Assembly (NCBI GenBank): GCA_015233115.1
Contig: JADFYJ010000008.1
Location: forward strand, 40,506-104,505
Direction of reading: 5' to 3'
DNA: 64,000 nt
Source: Candidatus Omnitrophota bacterium
GTDB taxonomy: Bacteria; Omnitrophota; Gorgyraeia; Zapsychrales; Zapsychraceae
Shown piece after piece: positions 17,123-26,656 of the stretch (its first letter is position 1; each line of letters starts with the position of its first letter). Below the pieces are notes generated by a model that saw nothing but the letters and a program-made list of their open reading frames with translations, made no database searches and was not told the origin of the DNA. The position numbers were made by a program, and so were the translations under genes.

Positions 17123-17842
17123 ATGAAAGACAATTTATTTAAAGAAAATTTGGAGACTCGCCCTTTTGTTTTTGATGATAAAGTGGCGAATGTGTTTGAT
17201 GACATGATTAACCGGTCTGTCCCGGGGTATGCGCCCATTACCGGGTTGATCGGGATTTTGGCACAGAAATATGTTCAGCCTAAAACAAATGTGTATGATT
17301 TGGGGTGTTCGCTGGGAACAGGAACATTATCCATGCGGCGAAAGATAAGTCATGCGGACTGCAAGATTATTGCCATAGATAATTCATCGGCTATGATCGA
17401 ACGCTGCCGGAAAAATATCGAACTCGACCAAACACCTATTCCGGTTGAAGTCCTTTGCGTGGATGTAAGGGATGTCAACATTGAAAATGCGTCAATGGCA
17501 GTCATGAATTTTACTTTACAGTTTATAGAGCCGGCACATCGTTTAAAAGTGATTCAGCGGGTTTATGACGGCTTATTGCCGGGCGGAATTTTTGTTTTAT
17601 CCGAAAAAATTAAATTTAGCGATCCAGTTGAGGATCAAACACAAACTGAGCTGTATTACGCGTATAAAAAAATGAATGGATACAGCGATTTAGAGATCAG
17701 CCAAAAAAGAAATGCTTTGGAAAATGTTTTGTTTCCGGATACGATAGAAGAACATTTTTTACGTTTTAAACAAGCCGGCTTTAAACAGGCTTTTGTATGG
17801 TTTCAGTGTTTTAATTTTGTATCTTTAGTCGCTTTTAAATAA
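17123..17842 (+). CDS. cmoA: Carboxy-S-adenosyl-L-methionine synthase CmoA
   Basis: FDDKVANVFDDMINRSVPGY, DLGCSLGTG SAM motif, C-terminal WFQCFNF. Confidence 0.85.
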   Translation: MKDNLFKENLETRPFVFDDKVANVFDDMINRSVPGYAPITGLIGILAQKYVQPKTNVYDLGCSLGTGTLSMRRKISHADCKIIAIDNSSAMIERCRKNIELDQTPIPVEVLCVDVRDVNIENASMAVMNFTLQFIEPAHRLKVIQRVYDGLLPGGIFVLSEKIKFSDPVEDQTQTELYYAYKKMNGYSDLEISQKRNALENVLFPDTIEEHFLRFKQAGFKQAFVWFQCFNFVSLVAFK

Positions 17843-17923
17843 ATTATTATTAGGTTCAATGCTAACCTTGTTTATGGGCACGCGGTTAATGTGTTTTTTT
17901 ATTAAAATTTTTTGGTATAAATT

Positions 17924-18895
17924 ATGATTGATTTTAATTTTATTACATCCATAGCCCAGTCAACCAGGCTGGCTGATTTGACCCAGGAGCTGATCCGGAA
18001 AAGTCAGGAAGTCATGGCTCAGTCACCACGGAGTGACTTGGCAGAGTGGACTGACGCGATAGCCCTTTTGCCGCAAATTATTCCATCCAAAATTGATTTA
18101 AATGCTTCAGTCGTGTCGATTGGTCAACAGAGTGATGTGGATGATTTGATGCGCCGGGAATTAGAAAATAAATTACGGGAACTTCAGCCTTGGCGTAAAG
18201 GGCCGTTTGAGGTGTTTGGGGTGCATATTGACACGGAATGGCGTTCAGATATGAAGTGGGACCGGATCAAAAATCATATCAAACCTTTGCAGGACAAGCT
18301 AGTTCTTGATGTCGGGTGCGGGAGTGGATATCATTTGTGGCGCATGGCTGGCAGCGGGGCGCGTCTGGCTATTGGGGTAGAACCGCTTTTGATTAATGTG
18401 ATGCAATTTTTTGCTATGCAAAAATATATTAAAAATCCAGCTGTTATGGTTTTTCCATTGGGGATTGATGATGTTCCGGCGGTGGTGGATGGGTTTGATA
18501 CTATTTTTTCCATGGGTTTGTTGTATCACCGCCGGTCGCCGTTGGATCATTTAATTCAGTTGTTTGATTTGTTAGCAGAGAAAGGTGAGCTGATATTAGA
18601 AACTTTGGTTATCGACGGTAAAAAAGGCGAAGTTCTGGCGCCGACCGGCCGGTATTGCCAAATGTCCAATGTGTGGTTTATTCCGTCTGTCTTAACTTTG
18701 GAGTATTGGCTCGAGCGCGCGGGTTTTAAAAATATTCGTTTGGTTAATGTCAACCGGACTTCTGGCGACGAACAGCGTTCGACCAGGTGGATGACGTTTC
18801 AATCTTTGTCTGATTTTCTTGATCCTGCTGACCAGAAAATGACAGTGGAAGGATATAGCGCGCCTCACCGCGCTATTTTAATTGCGAATAAGTAG
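17924..18895 (+). CDS. cmoB: tRNA U34 carboxymethyltransferase CmoB
   Basis: LQPWRKGPF, DVGCGSGYHLWRM. 323 aa. Confidence 0.85.
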   Translation: MIDFNFITSIAQSTRLADLTQELIRKSQEVMAQSPRSDLAEWTDAIALLPQIIPSKIDLNASVVSIGQQSDVDDLMRRELENKLRELQPWRKGPFEVFGVHIDTEWRSDMKWDRIKNHIKPLQDKLVLDVGCGSGYHLWRMAGSGARLAIGVEPLLINVMQFFAMQKYIKNPAVMVFPLGIDDVPAVVDGFDTIFSMGLLYHRRSPLDHLIQLFDLLAEKGELILETLVIDGKKGEVLAPTGRYCQMSNVWFIPSVLTLEYWLERAGFKNIRLVNVNRTSGDEQRSTRWMTFQSLSDFLDPADQKMTVEGYSAPHRAILIANK

Positions 18896-19007
18896 GGATG
18901 GCGTCCAGTCCTTTATAAAAACATATAAATTTCTTCGAAAGATTTGACTTTTTAAAACCAGCACGTTATATTGAGCTGGACTAGAGAAAACATATTAGGT
19001 AAATCGA

Positions 19008-19337
19008 ATGACTATTAATGATGTTTTAGATCCTGTTTTAAAACTTCGCCTGGTTGAAAAACGTGGTGTCGAAGAAGATTTTGCTGAAATTGTTTTTCAT
19101 AGCAAAGATACCAAACTTTGGGTTGAGGAATTAAAAAAAACTTTAGGAGAACCTGCCAAGCCTGCTGGGGAACGTCCGGGTGAAGAACATCTTAAATTGA
19201 CCGAGAAATACGGCGGCATCTGGGCTAATCAAACGTTATTTTTTAAAAACTGCGGAACTTTTGTTTTCCTAGGGATGTTTTGGCCGTGGTCGAATGGCCA
19301 GCAAACCACCTTTAAGCTTGTCAAGACCTCTCCTTAA
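19008..19337 (+). CDS. Hypothetical protein (109 aa)
   Basis: ORF whose stop abuts the next start codon (TAAATG). Confidence 0.4.
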   Translation: MTINDVLDPVLKLRLVEKRGVEEDFAEIVFHSKDTKLWVEELKKTLGEPAKPAGERPGEEHLKLTEKYGGIWANQTLFFKNCGTFVFLGMFWPWSNGQQTTFKLVKTSP

Positions 19338-20054
19338 ATGCGTAAACGTCAGCAGATTAGCCATGAAATGTTTTCCGCTTCGAAGCGGGTTGGCTCTGCC
19401 GTCAAAGATTTTGCCATGATGAGGGAAAATGACCGGATTTTGGTTGAATTAGACGGAACTGCTGATGCGTGGTGTTGTTTAGATTTATTGGTTTACCGGC
19501 AAACTTTCGTGCCGGTTAAATATGCCGTGATTGCGGTTGTTCCTGAAAATATTTTTCCTGCGGCTTTTCTTTCCTATATTCAAGAATTTTGTAAAATACA
19601 TCAAGTGACGCTGCATATTGTAAAAGAATTAAGTTTCGTGCCCCCAGCATTTAAATGTAACAAAATCGCCAAGAGTGATAACTTTGATGACATTATTGAG
19701 CGGATTATGCAGATGATGTTTTTGGAAGGCAAACTTTTTAATTGGGGTGACATGATCCCTGGGGATATGATACTTAATTCAAATAACCAAACTGAATTAA
19801 GTTTTGCGTCCCCAGTCCTTATTTACCCCTTAGCCTATATCGAAAGAGACCTGCTGCAAAGTATGGTTCAACATGAATATCCTTTGTGGCAAAATATGTT
19901 TTTCCCTAAAAAGCCTATGTCTTCAGATCCCTCGTCCTTTAACCAAATATCCGCAGTCCGGGATATGATCAACCAGCTTAAGAAAATAAATCCCGGCGTG
20001 AAGAAAAACATCTTTAATTGCGTATTTAAAATTAATTCCGAGTATTTAGTTTGA
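19338..20054 (+). CDS. Hypothetical protein with degenerate PP-loop-like segment (LVELDGTADAWCCLDLLV)
   Basis: Translationally coupled to the upstream ORF. Motif resembles SGGxDS of PP-loop ATPases but is degenerate. Confidence 0.4.
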   Translation: MRKRQQISHEMFSASKRVGSAVKDFAMMRENDRILVELDGTADAWCCLDLLVYRQTFVPVKYAVIAVVPENIFPAAFLSYIQEFCKIHQVTLHIVKELSFVPPAFKCNKIAKSDNFDDIIERIMQMMFLEGKLFNWGDMIPGDMILNSNNQTELSFASPVLIYPLAYIERDLLQSMVQHEYPLWQNMFFPKKPMSSDPSSFNQISAVRDMINQLKKINPGVKKNIFNCVFKINSEYLV

Positions 20055-20103
20055 AGGGGGTTTATTATTTACAACCTAAAAATTTCAAGTAAAATGGTTT
20101 TCT

Positions 20104-21384
20104 ATGATTAAAAAGCTATCTATCTTTTTTATTGGTTTGGCCTTTTATTTATGGCCGATTACTGCTCATGCTGTGGATGTGGCTCAGGATGTGTATAAGG
20201 CTAAAATCAGCGGCATATATCAGATCAGGGTTATTGATGTGGCGACTGGGAATAAGGCTGTGATCGGCTCCGGATTTCAGTTTACCGCGGACGGATATGT
20301 TGCGACCAATTATCATGTGGTATCTGAGGCTATTCATCAGCCAAATCAATACCGGGTTGAATATATTACTTCGAATAACAAGACGTTTGATCTTAAAGTT
20401 GTGGATTTTGATATTATCCATGATATAGCTGTTTTAAAAACGGCTCAGCCTGCCGCTATTTTTTTATCGTTAGATAAATCTGTTGATTTGAGTAATGGGA
20501 CTAAAATTTTCTCGATCGGCAACCCGTATGATTTGGGAATGACGATTGTGGAGGGAATTTATAATGGATTGATGGAAAAGTCTTTTTACAAAAAGATATT
20601 ATTTTCAGGTTCGTTAAACAGCGGGATGAGCGGCGGGCCGGCTGTTAATAATTTAGGTGATGTGGTGGGGATCAATGTGGCTACCCGTGGAAACGCGATT
20701 AGTTTTCTTGTTCCTGTAGAATATTTGAAATCGCTTTATGAAGAGGTGAAAAAGGATTTACCTGTGTCTCCCGATTTACCCCCCGATTTATCAAAACGCA
20801 TTGAACATCAATTGAGTGATAATCAGGATAATATTTTCAAAAAGATTCTGGGTAGTCCCTGGAAACAAATGCATATCGGTGGGGCATTGGTTCCCGCGGA
20901 AATTTCTCCGTCATTTAAATGCTGGGGAAATTCAGAACCTGCTCCGGATCATATATATGAGCTCACGCATCTAACGTGTTCCACGGAAGACCAGATCTTT
21001 GTGAGTTCTTCCTTGAATACCGGTTATATCGGTTACCGGTATTATTGGATTAATTCTCTTAAGTTGAATCCTTTCCGTTTTTACTCTGCTTATGAGAGGA
21101 TGTTTGCCGGGCAGAAAGGTTATGAGAGCGCAGGAGAGAATGACGCGGAAAATTTTATTTGTAATACAAGTTTTGTGAATGTGGGAGGCAAAGATGTCAA
21201 GGTGGCGCTTTGCGCGCGGCGTTATAAAAAGTATCCGTCTCTTTTTGATATGGACCTGGCCTTGGCTTCAGTGTTTGAAAAAACCAGAGGCTTACAAGTC
21301 AAGGTGACAGCATTAGGTATAACCCAAGATAATATCAAAGCATTGACCAAGAAATTTTTGGAGTCAATAAGTTGGCAAAAATAG
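20104..21384 (+). CDS. Secreted trypsin-like (S1) serine peptidase
   Basis: Signal peptide. Catalytic triad context TNYHVV (His), DIAVLK (Asp), GMSGGPAV (Ser). Confidence 0.7.
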   Translation: MIKKLSIFFIGLAFYLWPITAHAVDVAQDVYKAKISGIYQIRVIDVATGNKAVIGSGFQFTADGYVATNYHVVSEAIHQPNQYRVEYITSNNKTFDLKVVDFDIIHDIAVLKTAQPAAIFLSLDKSVDLSNGTKIFSIGNPYDLGMTIVEGIYNGLMEKSFYKKILFSGSLNSGMSGGPAVNNLGDVVGINVATRGNAISFLVPVEYLKSLYEEVKKDLPVSPDLPPDLSKRIEHQLSDNQDNIFKKILGSPWKQMHIGGALVPAEISPSFKCWGNSEPAPDHIYELTHLTCSTEDQIFVSSSLNTGYIGYRYYWINSLKLNPFRFYSAYERMFAGQKGYESAGENDAENFICNTSFVNVGGKDVKVALCARRYKKYPSLFDMDLALASVFEKTRGLQVKVTALGITQDNIKALTKKFLESISWQK

Positions 21385-22328
21385 TTTTCGAAATACAATA
21401 TTCCACTAAATCCAAACCATTCTATTGTCATTTAGAACAGGAAGAAATACGGATCGGACGGGGATTTGACTGCGACCTTTTGATCAATGACCCTTGGGTG
21501 TCTGCTCATCATCTTGTTATGCGGCAGGAAATGGAAGGAGGATGGAGCATAACGGATACGGATAGTAAAAATGGGACGCTATTAAACGGAAAGATTAAAG
21601 TGGGAACCGGGCAAATCTTGAATTCCGGTGATTATTTAATGATAGGACGGACCAAGATTCGGGTTTTTGCGCCGGAACATCCGGTAGTACCGCCATTGTC
21701 CGCCAGCGTTCCCAATAAATTTTTAGTGTCTTTGAACCATCCGGTCGCGGTATTCATTTTGTTTGTTTTAGTGAACGTGATTTCTGTGTTACAGCAATAT
21801 TTGACGATGTATACCAATATACGCCCGATGCAGTTATTGGCAGGAAATATTTTACCCATGGTTTTTATGGTGATATGGGCAGGATTTTGGACATTTATCG
21901 GATGGCTGATTATCCGGAAAGTTAATTTCTTCGCTCAGTTGTCTGTTACATTTTTCGCGTTTTTTATTTCTGTTCCGATCTCGATGGTAGCGAATTACTG
22001 GGCTTTTTCAACTGGTTCATCGTGGGGAATGTGGCTGGGTTCAACAATTTGCGTGGGAGGATGGGCGGTTTATTTATTAACGGAAAATTTGGCTTTGGCC
22101 ACGAATTTATCCCGTAAACAAAGAATTGGTTATACGGCAGCCTTGGTGTTGGCCTTGTCAGTCAGCTTTGGCGTTTTGAAAAAAGCGAAAAATGAAGAAT
22201 TTAGCGGTAAGCCAATATTTGTGCAAAATTTGATGCCGCCCTATGTGAAATTGTGGAGGCTGAAGACCGCGGATCAATTTTTAAAAGACAGTTTATTTAT
22301 TTTTGAAAAAAAGGCAGGAAAAAATTGA
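21372..22328 (+). CDS. FHA-domain protein with C-terminal polytopic membrane region
   Basis: IRIGRGFDCDLLINDPWVSAHHLVM...TDSKNGTLLNG FHA pattern, then at least 4 TM helices. Confidence 0.65.
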   Translation: MAKIVFEIQYSTKSKPFYCHLEQEEIRIGRGFDCDLLINDPWVSAHHLVMRQEMEGGWSITDTDSKNGTLLNGKIKVGTGQILNSGDYLMIGRTKIRVFAPEHPVVPPLSASVPNKFLVSLNHPVAVFILFVLVNVISVLQQYLTMYTNIRPMQLLAGNILPMVFMVIWAGFWTFIGWLIIRKVNFFAQLSVTFFAFFISVPISMVANYWAFSTGSSWGMWLGSTICVGGWAVYLLTENLALATNLSRKQRIGYTAALVLALSVSFGVLKKAKNEEFSGKPIFVQNLMPPYVKLWRLKTADQFLKDSLFIFEKKAGKN

Positions 22329-22714
22329 AAGATATAGCACCGAAACATGATACCTTCGCCCCTTTTTGCGGCATTGTATTAGAAGAAGTCCGGGATGGTT
22401 ATGCCAAGTCAACCATGAAAGTTGAACAACATCATAAAAATGGCATTGGCACTGTTCATGGTGGGGCATTGTTCACCTTAGCCGATTATACCTTTGCCGC
22501 AGCCGCTAATTCGCGGGGAACCACCGAGCATGTGGTCGTAGCCATCAATGCCCAAATTTCTTATGTTAAAGCCGTTACTCAAGGCGTTTTAACCGCTGAA
22601 GCTGAAGAATTAAAATACGATACTAAGATCCCCATTTATACGGTTAAAATCGTTGACGAAAAGAATGAATTGGTCGCTGTGTTTCAAGGCATGGGATATA
22701 AGAAGAAGAGGTAA
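22325..22714 (+). CDS. paaI: PaaI/hotdog-fold acyl-CoA thioesterase
   Basis: NGIGTVHGGALFTLADYTFAAAANS. Confidence 0.75.
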   Translation: MKDIAPKHDTFAPFCGIVLEEVRDGYAKSTMKVEQHHKNGIGTVHGGALFTLADYTFAAAANSRGTTEHVVVAINAQISYVKAVTQGVLTAEAEELKYDTKIPIYTVKIVDEKNELVAVFQGMGYKKKR

Positions 22715-22717
22715 AAA

Positions 22718-24019
22718 ATGATTTGGAATGAAAAAATGGAGTGTATGAGTCGGGAAGACATGAAAAATTGTCAGTCTGACCGTCTGAAAAAATTAGTCCA
22801 GTATGTTTACGAACGATCTCCTTTTTACAAAAATAAATTAGATCAACTCGGTGTTTCTCCTCGCGATATTAAATCTATCGAGGATATTGTCAAGCTGCCG
22901 TTCACGCATAAAGATGATTTGCGAGACAATTATCCATTCGGAGCTTTTTCAAAACCAGTTGGTCAAATCGCGGAAATTCATATCTCCAGCGGAACCACCG
23001 GCAACCCGACGGTCGTAGGTTATTCAAAATCAGATGTGGAATTATGGTCAGAAGTCATGTCTCGTTCGTTATGCTGTGCCGGAGCTGTGCCGGGCGACAT
23101 GATCCAAGTGGCATATGGCTATGGATTATTTACCGGAGGTTTAGGGGCGCATTATGGCGCGTTAAACATGGGCGTGACTATTATTCCATGCTCCTCTGGG
23201 CAGACCAAACGGCAATTAAAAATTATGCAGGATTTTAAGCCACGGATACTAGCTTGCACCCCGTCATATTCATTATATATGGCTGAGGAAGCCAAAGAAC
23301 TGGGCATGGATCCGCGGGACAGCAGTTGGAAAATTGGGGTTTTTGGCGCTGAGCCGTGGAGTGAAAATATGCGCCAAGAAATCGAAAAAGTCTGGAATAT
23401 GTCAGCAACGGATATTTATGGCTTGTCAGAAATTATTGGGCCAGGTGTGGCGCAGGAATGTCATTTAAAACGCGGCTTGCATTTATATTCTGATGTTTTT
23501 TATCCGGAAATTATTAATGAACAAACGAATCAGCCAGCCAAGCCGGGTGAAAGCGGTGTGTTAGCCGTGACGACATTAACGAAGGAAGGGATGCCGTTAT
23601 TGCGTTACCGGACGCGTGATATTGTGTCTTTATCTTTTGAAAAGTGCGCCTGCGGCCGGACGTCTCCCCGGATCAGTAAGATTCAGGGCCGGACGGATGA
23701 TATGATCATTGTCCGCGGCATTAATGTGTTCCCGTCACAGATTGAACATGTGCTTTTGGAGATCGAAGAAACTCAGCCGCATTATCAGCTGATCGTAGAT
23801 CGTAAGCCAGGAGGCATGGACGAGCTGGAAATATTAGTGGAGCTGAAAGAAGAGTATTTTTCTGATGAGGTAAAAAAATTGCAGGCGATTGAGCATAAAA
23901 TCCAAAAAGAAATTGCCGCCACTTTATCCGTCGAGCCCAAAGTGCATCTGGTCGAACCCAAAACGATAGCCCGCAGCGAAGGCAAAGCCAAGAGAGTTAT
24001 TGATAAAAGAAATTTATAA
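22718..24019 (+). CDS. paaK: Phenylacetate-CoA ligase family (PaaK-like) adenylate-forming enzyme, copy 1
   Basis: SSGTTGNPTVVGYS, YGLSEIIGPGVA. 433 aa. Confidence 0.85.
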   Translation: MIWNEKMECMSREDMKNCQSDRLKKLVQYVYERSPFYKNKLDQLGVSPRDIKSIEDIVKLPFTHKDDLRDNYPFGAFSKPVGQIAEIHISSGTTGNPTVVGYSKSDVELWSEVMSRSLCCAGAVPGDMIQVAYGYGLFTGGLGAHYGALNMGVTIIPCSSGQTKRQLKIMQDFKPRILACTPSYSLYMAEEAKELGMDPRDSSWKIGVFGAEPWSENMRQEIEKVWNMSATDIYGLSEIIGPGVAQECHLKRGLHLYSDVFYPEIINEQTNQPAKPGESGVLAVTTLTKEGMPLLRYRTRDIVSLSFEKCACGRTSPRISKIQGRTDDMIIVRGINVFPSQIEHVLLEIEETQPHYQLIVDRKPGGMDELEILVELKEEYFSDEVKKLQAIEHKIQKEIAATLSVEPKVHLVEPKTIARSEGKAKRVIDKRNL

Positions 24020-24091
24020 AAATATTTCACCTCTCCCCTCCGGGGAGAGGGAAGCCTGCCTGCCGGTAGGCAGGGGTGAGGGGTAAAAATT
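24020..24091 (+). promoter_or_regulatory. Structured GC-rich leader with two stable hairpins and alternative anti-SD/SD pairing, upstream of ACT gene 1
   Basis: Hairpin 24030-24050 has a 9-bp stem CCTCTCCCC/GGGGAGAGG. Hairpin 24059-24074 has stem CCTGCC/GGCAGG. CCUCUCCCC can alternatively pair with GGGGUGAGG, which contains the SD GAGGGG 8 nt before the ATG. Confidence 0.5.
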
Positions 24092-24523
24092 ATGAAATTG
24101 ACACAAATTTCAGTCTTTTTAGAAAACAAAAAAGGCCGCCTTTATGACGCGACCCGCTTGTTAGGCGAGAACAACGTCAACATCCGTGCTTTAACCATTG
24201 CGGAAAGCCAGGATTTCGGTGTCTTGCGCATTGTCGTAGATAATCCGGAAAAAGGGTTGGAGGTTTTAAAAAATAATAAATTCATGGCTTCATTTACAGA
24301 TATCGTAGCCGTTGAAGTGGGCGATGACCCCGGCGGTTTGGCTCACGTGTTAAAAGTGTTTGCTGATACCGGCATCAACATCGAATACATGTACGCGTTC
24401 GTCGAAAAAAACACCGATAAGGCCCTCATGGTTTTCCGTTTCGACAATACCGACGGAGCTATCAAAGTGTTACAGCAAAATAAAATCAATGTCGTCGGCA
24501 AAAAAGAAATTGCAGATTTATAA
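24092..24523 (+). CDS. ACT-domain protein (PaaK-associated), copy 1
   Basis: 143 aa, two ACT-like halves. Stop abuts the paaK-2 ATG. Confidence 0.7.
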   Translation: MKLTQISVFLENKKGRLYDATRLLGENNVNIRALTIAESQDFGVLRIVVDNPEKGLEVLKNNKFMASFTDIVAVEVGDDPGGLAHVLKVFADTGINIEYMYAFVEKNTDKALMVFRFDNTDGAIKVLQQNKINVVGKKEIADL

Positions 24524-25831
24524 ATGAATGTTTGTTACCAAAATAAAGATTTAGAATGCGTTAATCGTTCCAGTCTGGACTCCATCCAAACCGCGGGTTT
24601 GCAATTTTCAGTCGCTCAGGCGCTTAAAACCAAATTTTATGCCGCACGATTAAAAGGTCATGTCTCCTCACCAGAAGATATCCGTTCTTTGAATGACTTG
24701 AAAAGAATCCCTTTTACGACTAAGGATGATTTGAGAGAAAGCTATACGGATGGCATATTAGCGACGGAATTTAAACATGTGGTTCGTTTGCATACATCGA
24801 GCGGCACAACCGGCGTGCCGACTGTGATCTATCACACGCAAAAAGATCTTAATAATTGGACGGAGCTCATGGAGCGATCCTTGATCGCCAGCGGCGCGAC
24901 CTGCGAAGATATTTTCCAAAACATGATGACCTATGGTATGTTTACCGGCGGGTTGGGTTTTCATTACGGGGCGGAAAAATTAGGAATTTTAGTGATTCCG
25001 ACTGGTTCAGGTAATACCAAACGACAATTACAGCTCATGAAAGATTTTAAAACCACTTTAGTTCATGCTACCCCGAGCTACATGTTTCATATGGCTTCGA
25101 CCATGAATGAACATGGTTTTTCCATGAAAGATTTTAATCTTAAAAAAGCCTATATCGGGGGAGAACCTCATTCGGAAAATACCCGCAAAAAAATTGAAGA
25201 ACTGTTTGGCATCGAAGCATACAATTCTTTTGGCTTAAGCGAAATGAACGGCCCTGGCGTGGCTTTTGAGTGCGTGTATAAAACCGGACTGCATGTTTGG
25301 GAAGATTCTTATATTTTAGAAGTGATTGATCCCCAATCCGGCGAACTGGTCAAAGACGGGGAAATCGGCGAAATTGTTTTCACCACGTTGCGCCGGGAAG
25401 CGACTCCGATTTTGCGTTATCGCACCCGCGATTTGGCGTCGGTTATACCTGGCGTTTGCCCGTGCGGCCGCACTCACCGCCGTTTATCACGGATTGCCGG
25501 ACGAACTGATGATATGCTGATCATTAACGGCGCGAACGTGTTCCCGTCGCAAATAGAACAGATTTTAATGAAAGTCCCGGAAGTGGGCACCAATTATATG
25601 ATTTTAGTTTCGAAAGACGGCGCATTGGATAAATTGACTGTTCAGGTTGAAATTCATTCCAAAACTTTTCACGGTGATATGTCAGAATTGGGAGTTTTAA
25701 AACATAAAATCAAGGATGAGCTCAAGGCCTCGATTATGATTAATCCGAGCGTAGAATTGCACGAGCCTGGCAGTCTCCCCCAGTTCGAAATGAAAGCCAA
25801 AAGGGTTGTTGATTCACGGATAAAGATTTAA
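24524..25831 (+). CDS. paaK: Phenylacetate-CoA ligase family (PaaK-like), copy 2
   Basis: SSGTTGVPTVIYHT, FGLSEMNGPGVA. 435 aa. Confidence 0.85.
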   Translation: MNVCYQNKDLECVNRSSLDSIQTAGLQFSVAQALKTKFYAARLKGHVSSPEDIRSLNDLKRIPFTTKDDLRESYTDGILATEFKHVVRLHTSSGTTGVPTVIYHTQKDLNNWTELMERSLIASGATCEDIFQNMMTYGMFTGGLGFHYGAEKLGILVIPTGSGNTKRQLQLMKDFKTTLVHATPSYMFHMASTMNEHGFSMKDFNLKKAYIGGEPHSENTRKKIEELFGIEAYNSFGLSEMNGPGVAFECVYKTGLHVWEDSYILEVIDPQSGELVKDGEIGEIVFTTLRREATPILRYRTRDLASVIPGVCPCGRTHRRLSRIAGRTDDMLIINGANVFPSQIEQILMKVPEVGTNYMILVSKDGALDKLTVQVEIHSKTFHGDMSELGVLKHKIKDELKASIMINPSVELHEPGSLPQFEMKAKRVVDSRIKI

Positions 25832-25835
25832 TGGG

Positions 25836-25852
25836 TAGGTCGTATGTAGAGA
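25836..25852. repeat. GTATGT-type left arm (GTAGGTCGTATGTAGAG) after the paaK-2 stop
   Basis: Inverted relative to ACATACGACATGC at 25952-25964 and 26032-26044. Confidence 0.55.
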
Positions 25853-25940
25853 AAAAAAGCGGCGTTTTTTTGATTAAGCCTGAATTTTTTACAGTTTACA
25901 TTTCATATTTTATTATTTACCGTTATTATATATTCATAAA

Positions 25941-26090
25941 TTCGCTTTTATGACATACGACATGCTGCGAACCACATGCGTGAATATTCAAAACAGGAGA
26001 TAACCATTATTAAATAATACTTTCGCTTTTCACGACATACGACATGCTACGAACCACATGCGTGAATATTCAAAACAGGAGATCATTATG
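25941..26090 (+). repeat. Tandem direct duplication (2 x ~80 bp) containing the ACATACGACATGC arm and the SD AACAGGAGAT. The second copy ends at the ACT-2 start codon
   Basis: TTCGCTTTTATGACATACGACATGCTGCGAACCACATGCGTGAATATTCAAAACAGGAGATAACC versus TTTCGCTTTTCACGACATACGACATGCTACGAACCACATGCGTGAATATTCAAAACAGGAGATCATT. Confidence 0.9.
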
Positions 26091-26504
26091 ACTTATCAGC
26101 TTACCATATTTTTAGACAACCGTCCCGGCCGTTTAAATGTTTTAACCGGAGCATTATCCGGCGGTGGAATTAACATCCGCGCTATGGCCATTCAAGACCG
26201 GGAAGAATTTGGTCTAGTCAAATTGATGGTAGATCGTCCAGATGACGCTCTTTTACTTTTGAAACAAAACGGTTTTGCCTGTGCGTTAAAACCCGTGTTA
26301 GCTGTTTATCTTGCGGATAAAGTCGGCGGCCTTCATGAACTGACCAAAATTTTGTCTGATGCCAGTTTAAACATTCAAGACGCCTACGGCATGGCCGCGC
26401 AATCCGTGTTTTGTATTGAGTCAAAACAATTGGAACAAATCGAAGATGTTTTAGAAGAAAAAGGTTTTAAAATTTTAAGCGGCCCCGAAGCATACGGCAT
26501 GTAA
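26088..26504 (+). CDS. ACT-domain protein (PaaK-associated), copy 2
   Basis: Start at MTYQLTIF, preceded by SD AGGAGA. Paralog of 24092-24523. Confidence 0.7.
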   Translation: MTYQLTIFLDNRPGRLNVLTGALSGGGINIRAMAIQDREEFGLVKLMVDRPDDALLLLKQNGFACALKPVLAVYLADKVGGLHELTKILSDASLNIQDAYGMAAQSVFCIESKQLEQIEDVLEEKGFKILSGPEAYGM

Positions 26505-26526
26505 TTTTTGAGAATAATGTTGAATT

Positions 26527-26568
26527 AGCCTGTTATTTATATAAACTTATAAATATCAGGCTTTTTTT
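26527..26568 (+). terminator. Possible terminator (AGCCTG...CAGGCT stem with a large AT loop plus T7)
   Basis: AGCCTG-24nt-CAGGCTTTTTTTA. Confidence 0.35.
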
Positions 26569-26600
26569 ATTATATTTTTTCTAGGTTTTTTATTTTTTTT

Positions 26601-26638
26601 GTTACTCGGTTACTCTGTTACTAGGTTACTCGGTTACT
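26601..26638 (+). repeat. GTTACTnn array x5 (period 8) ending 18 nt before the ATG of the 26657 gene
   Basis: GTTACTCGGTTACTCTGTTACTAGGTTACTCGGTTACT. Confidence 0.85.
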
Positions 26639-26656
26639 TTTAAGGGGGGGAAGAGC

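Noticed and set aside
25853-25875. A-run/GCGGCG/T-run after paaK-2 as an intrinsic terminator
   Set aside because: The stem would be A:T only with no GC hairpin, so it is too weak to call.
26601-26638. Short-period direct repeat arrays considered as CRISPR arrays
   Set aside because: Units are 7-9 nt, contiguous and without spacers, and no cas genes are present.
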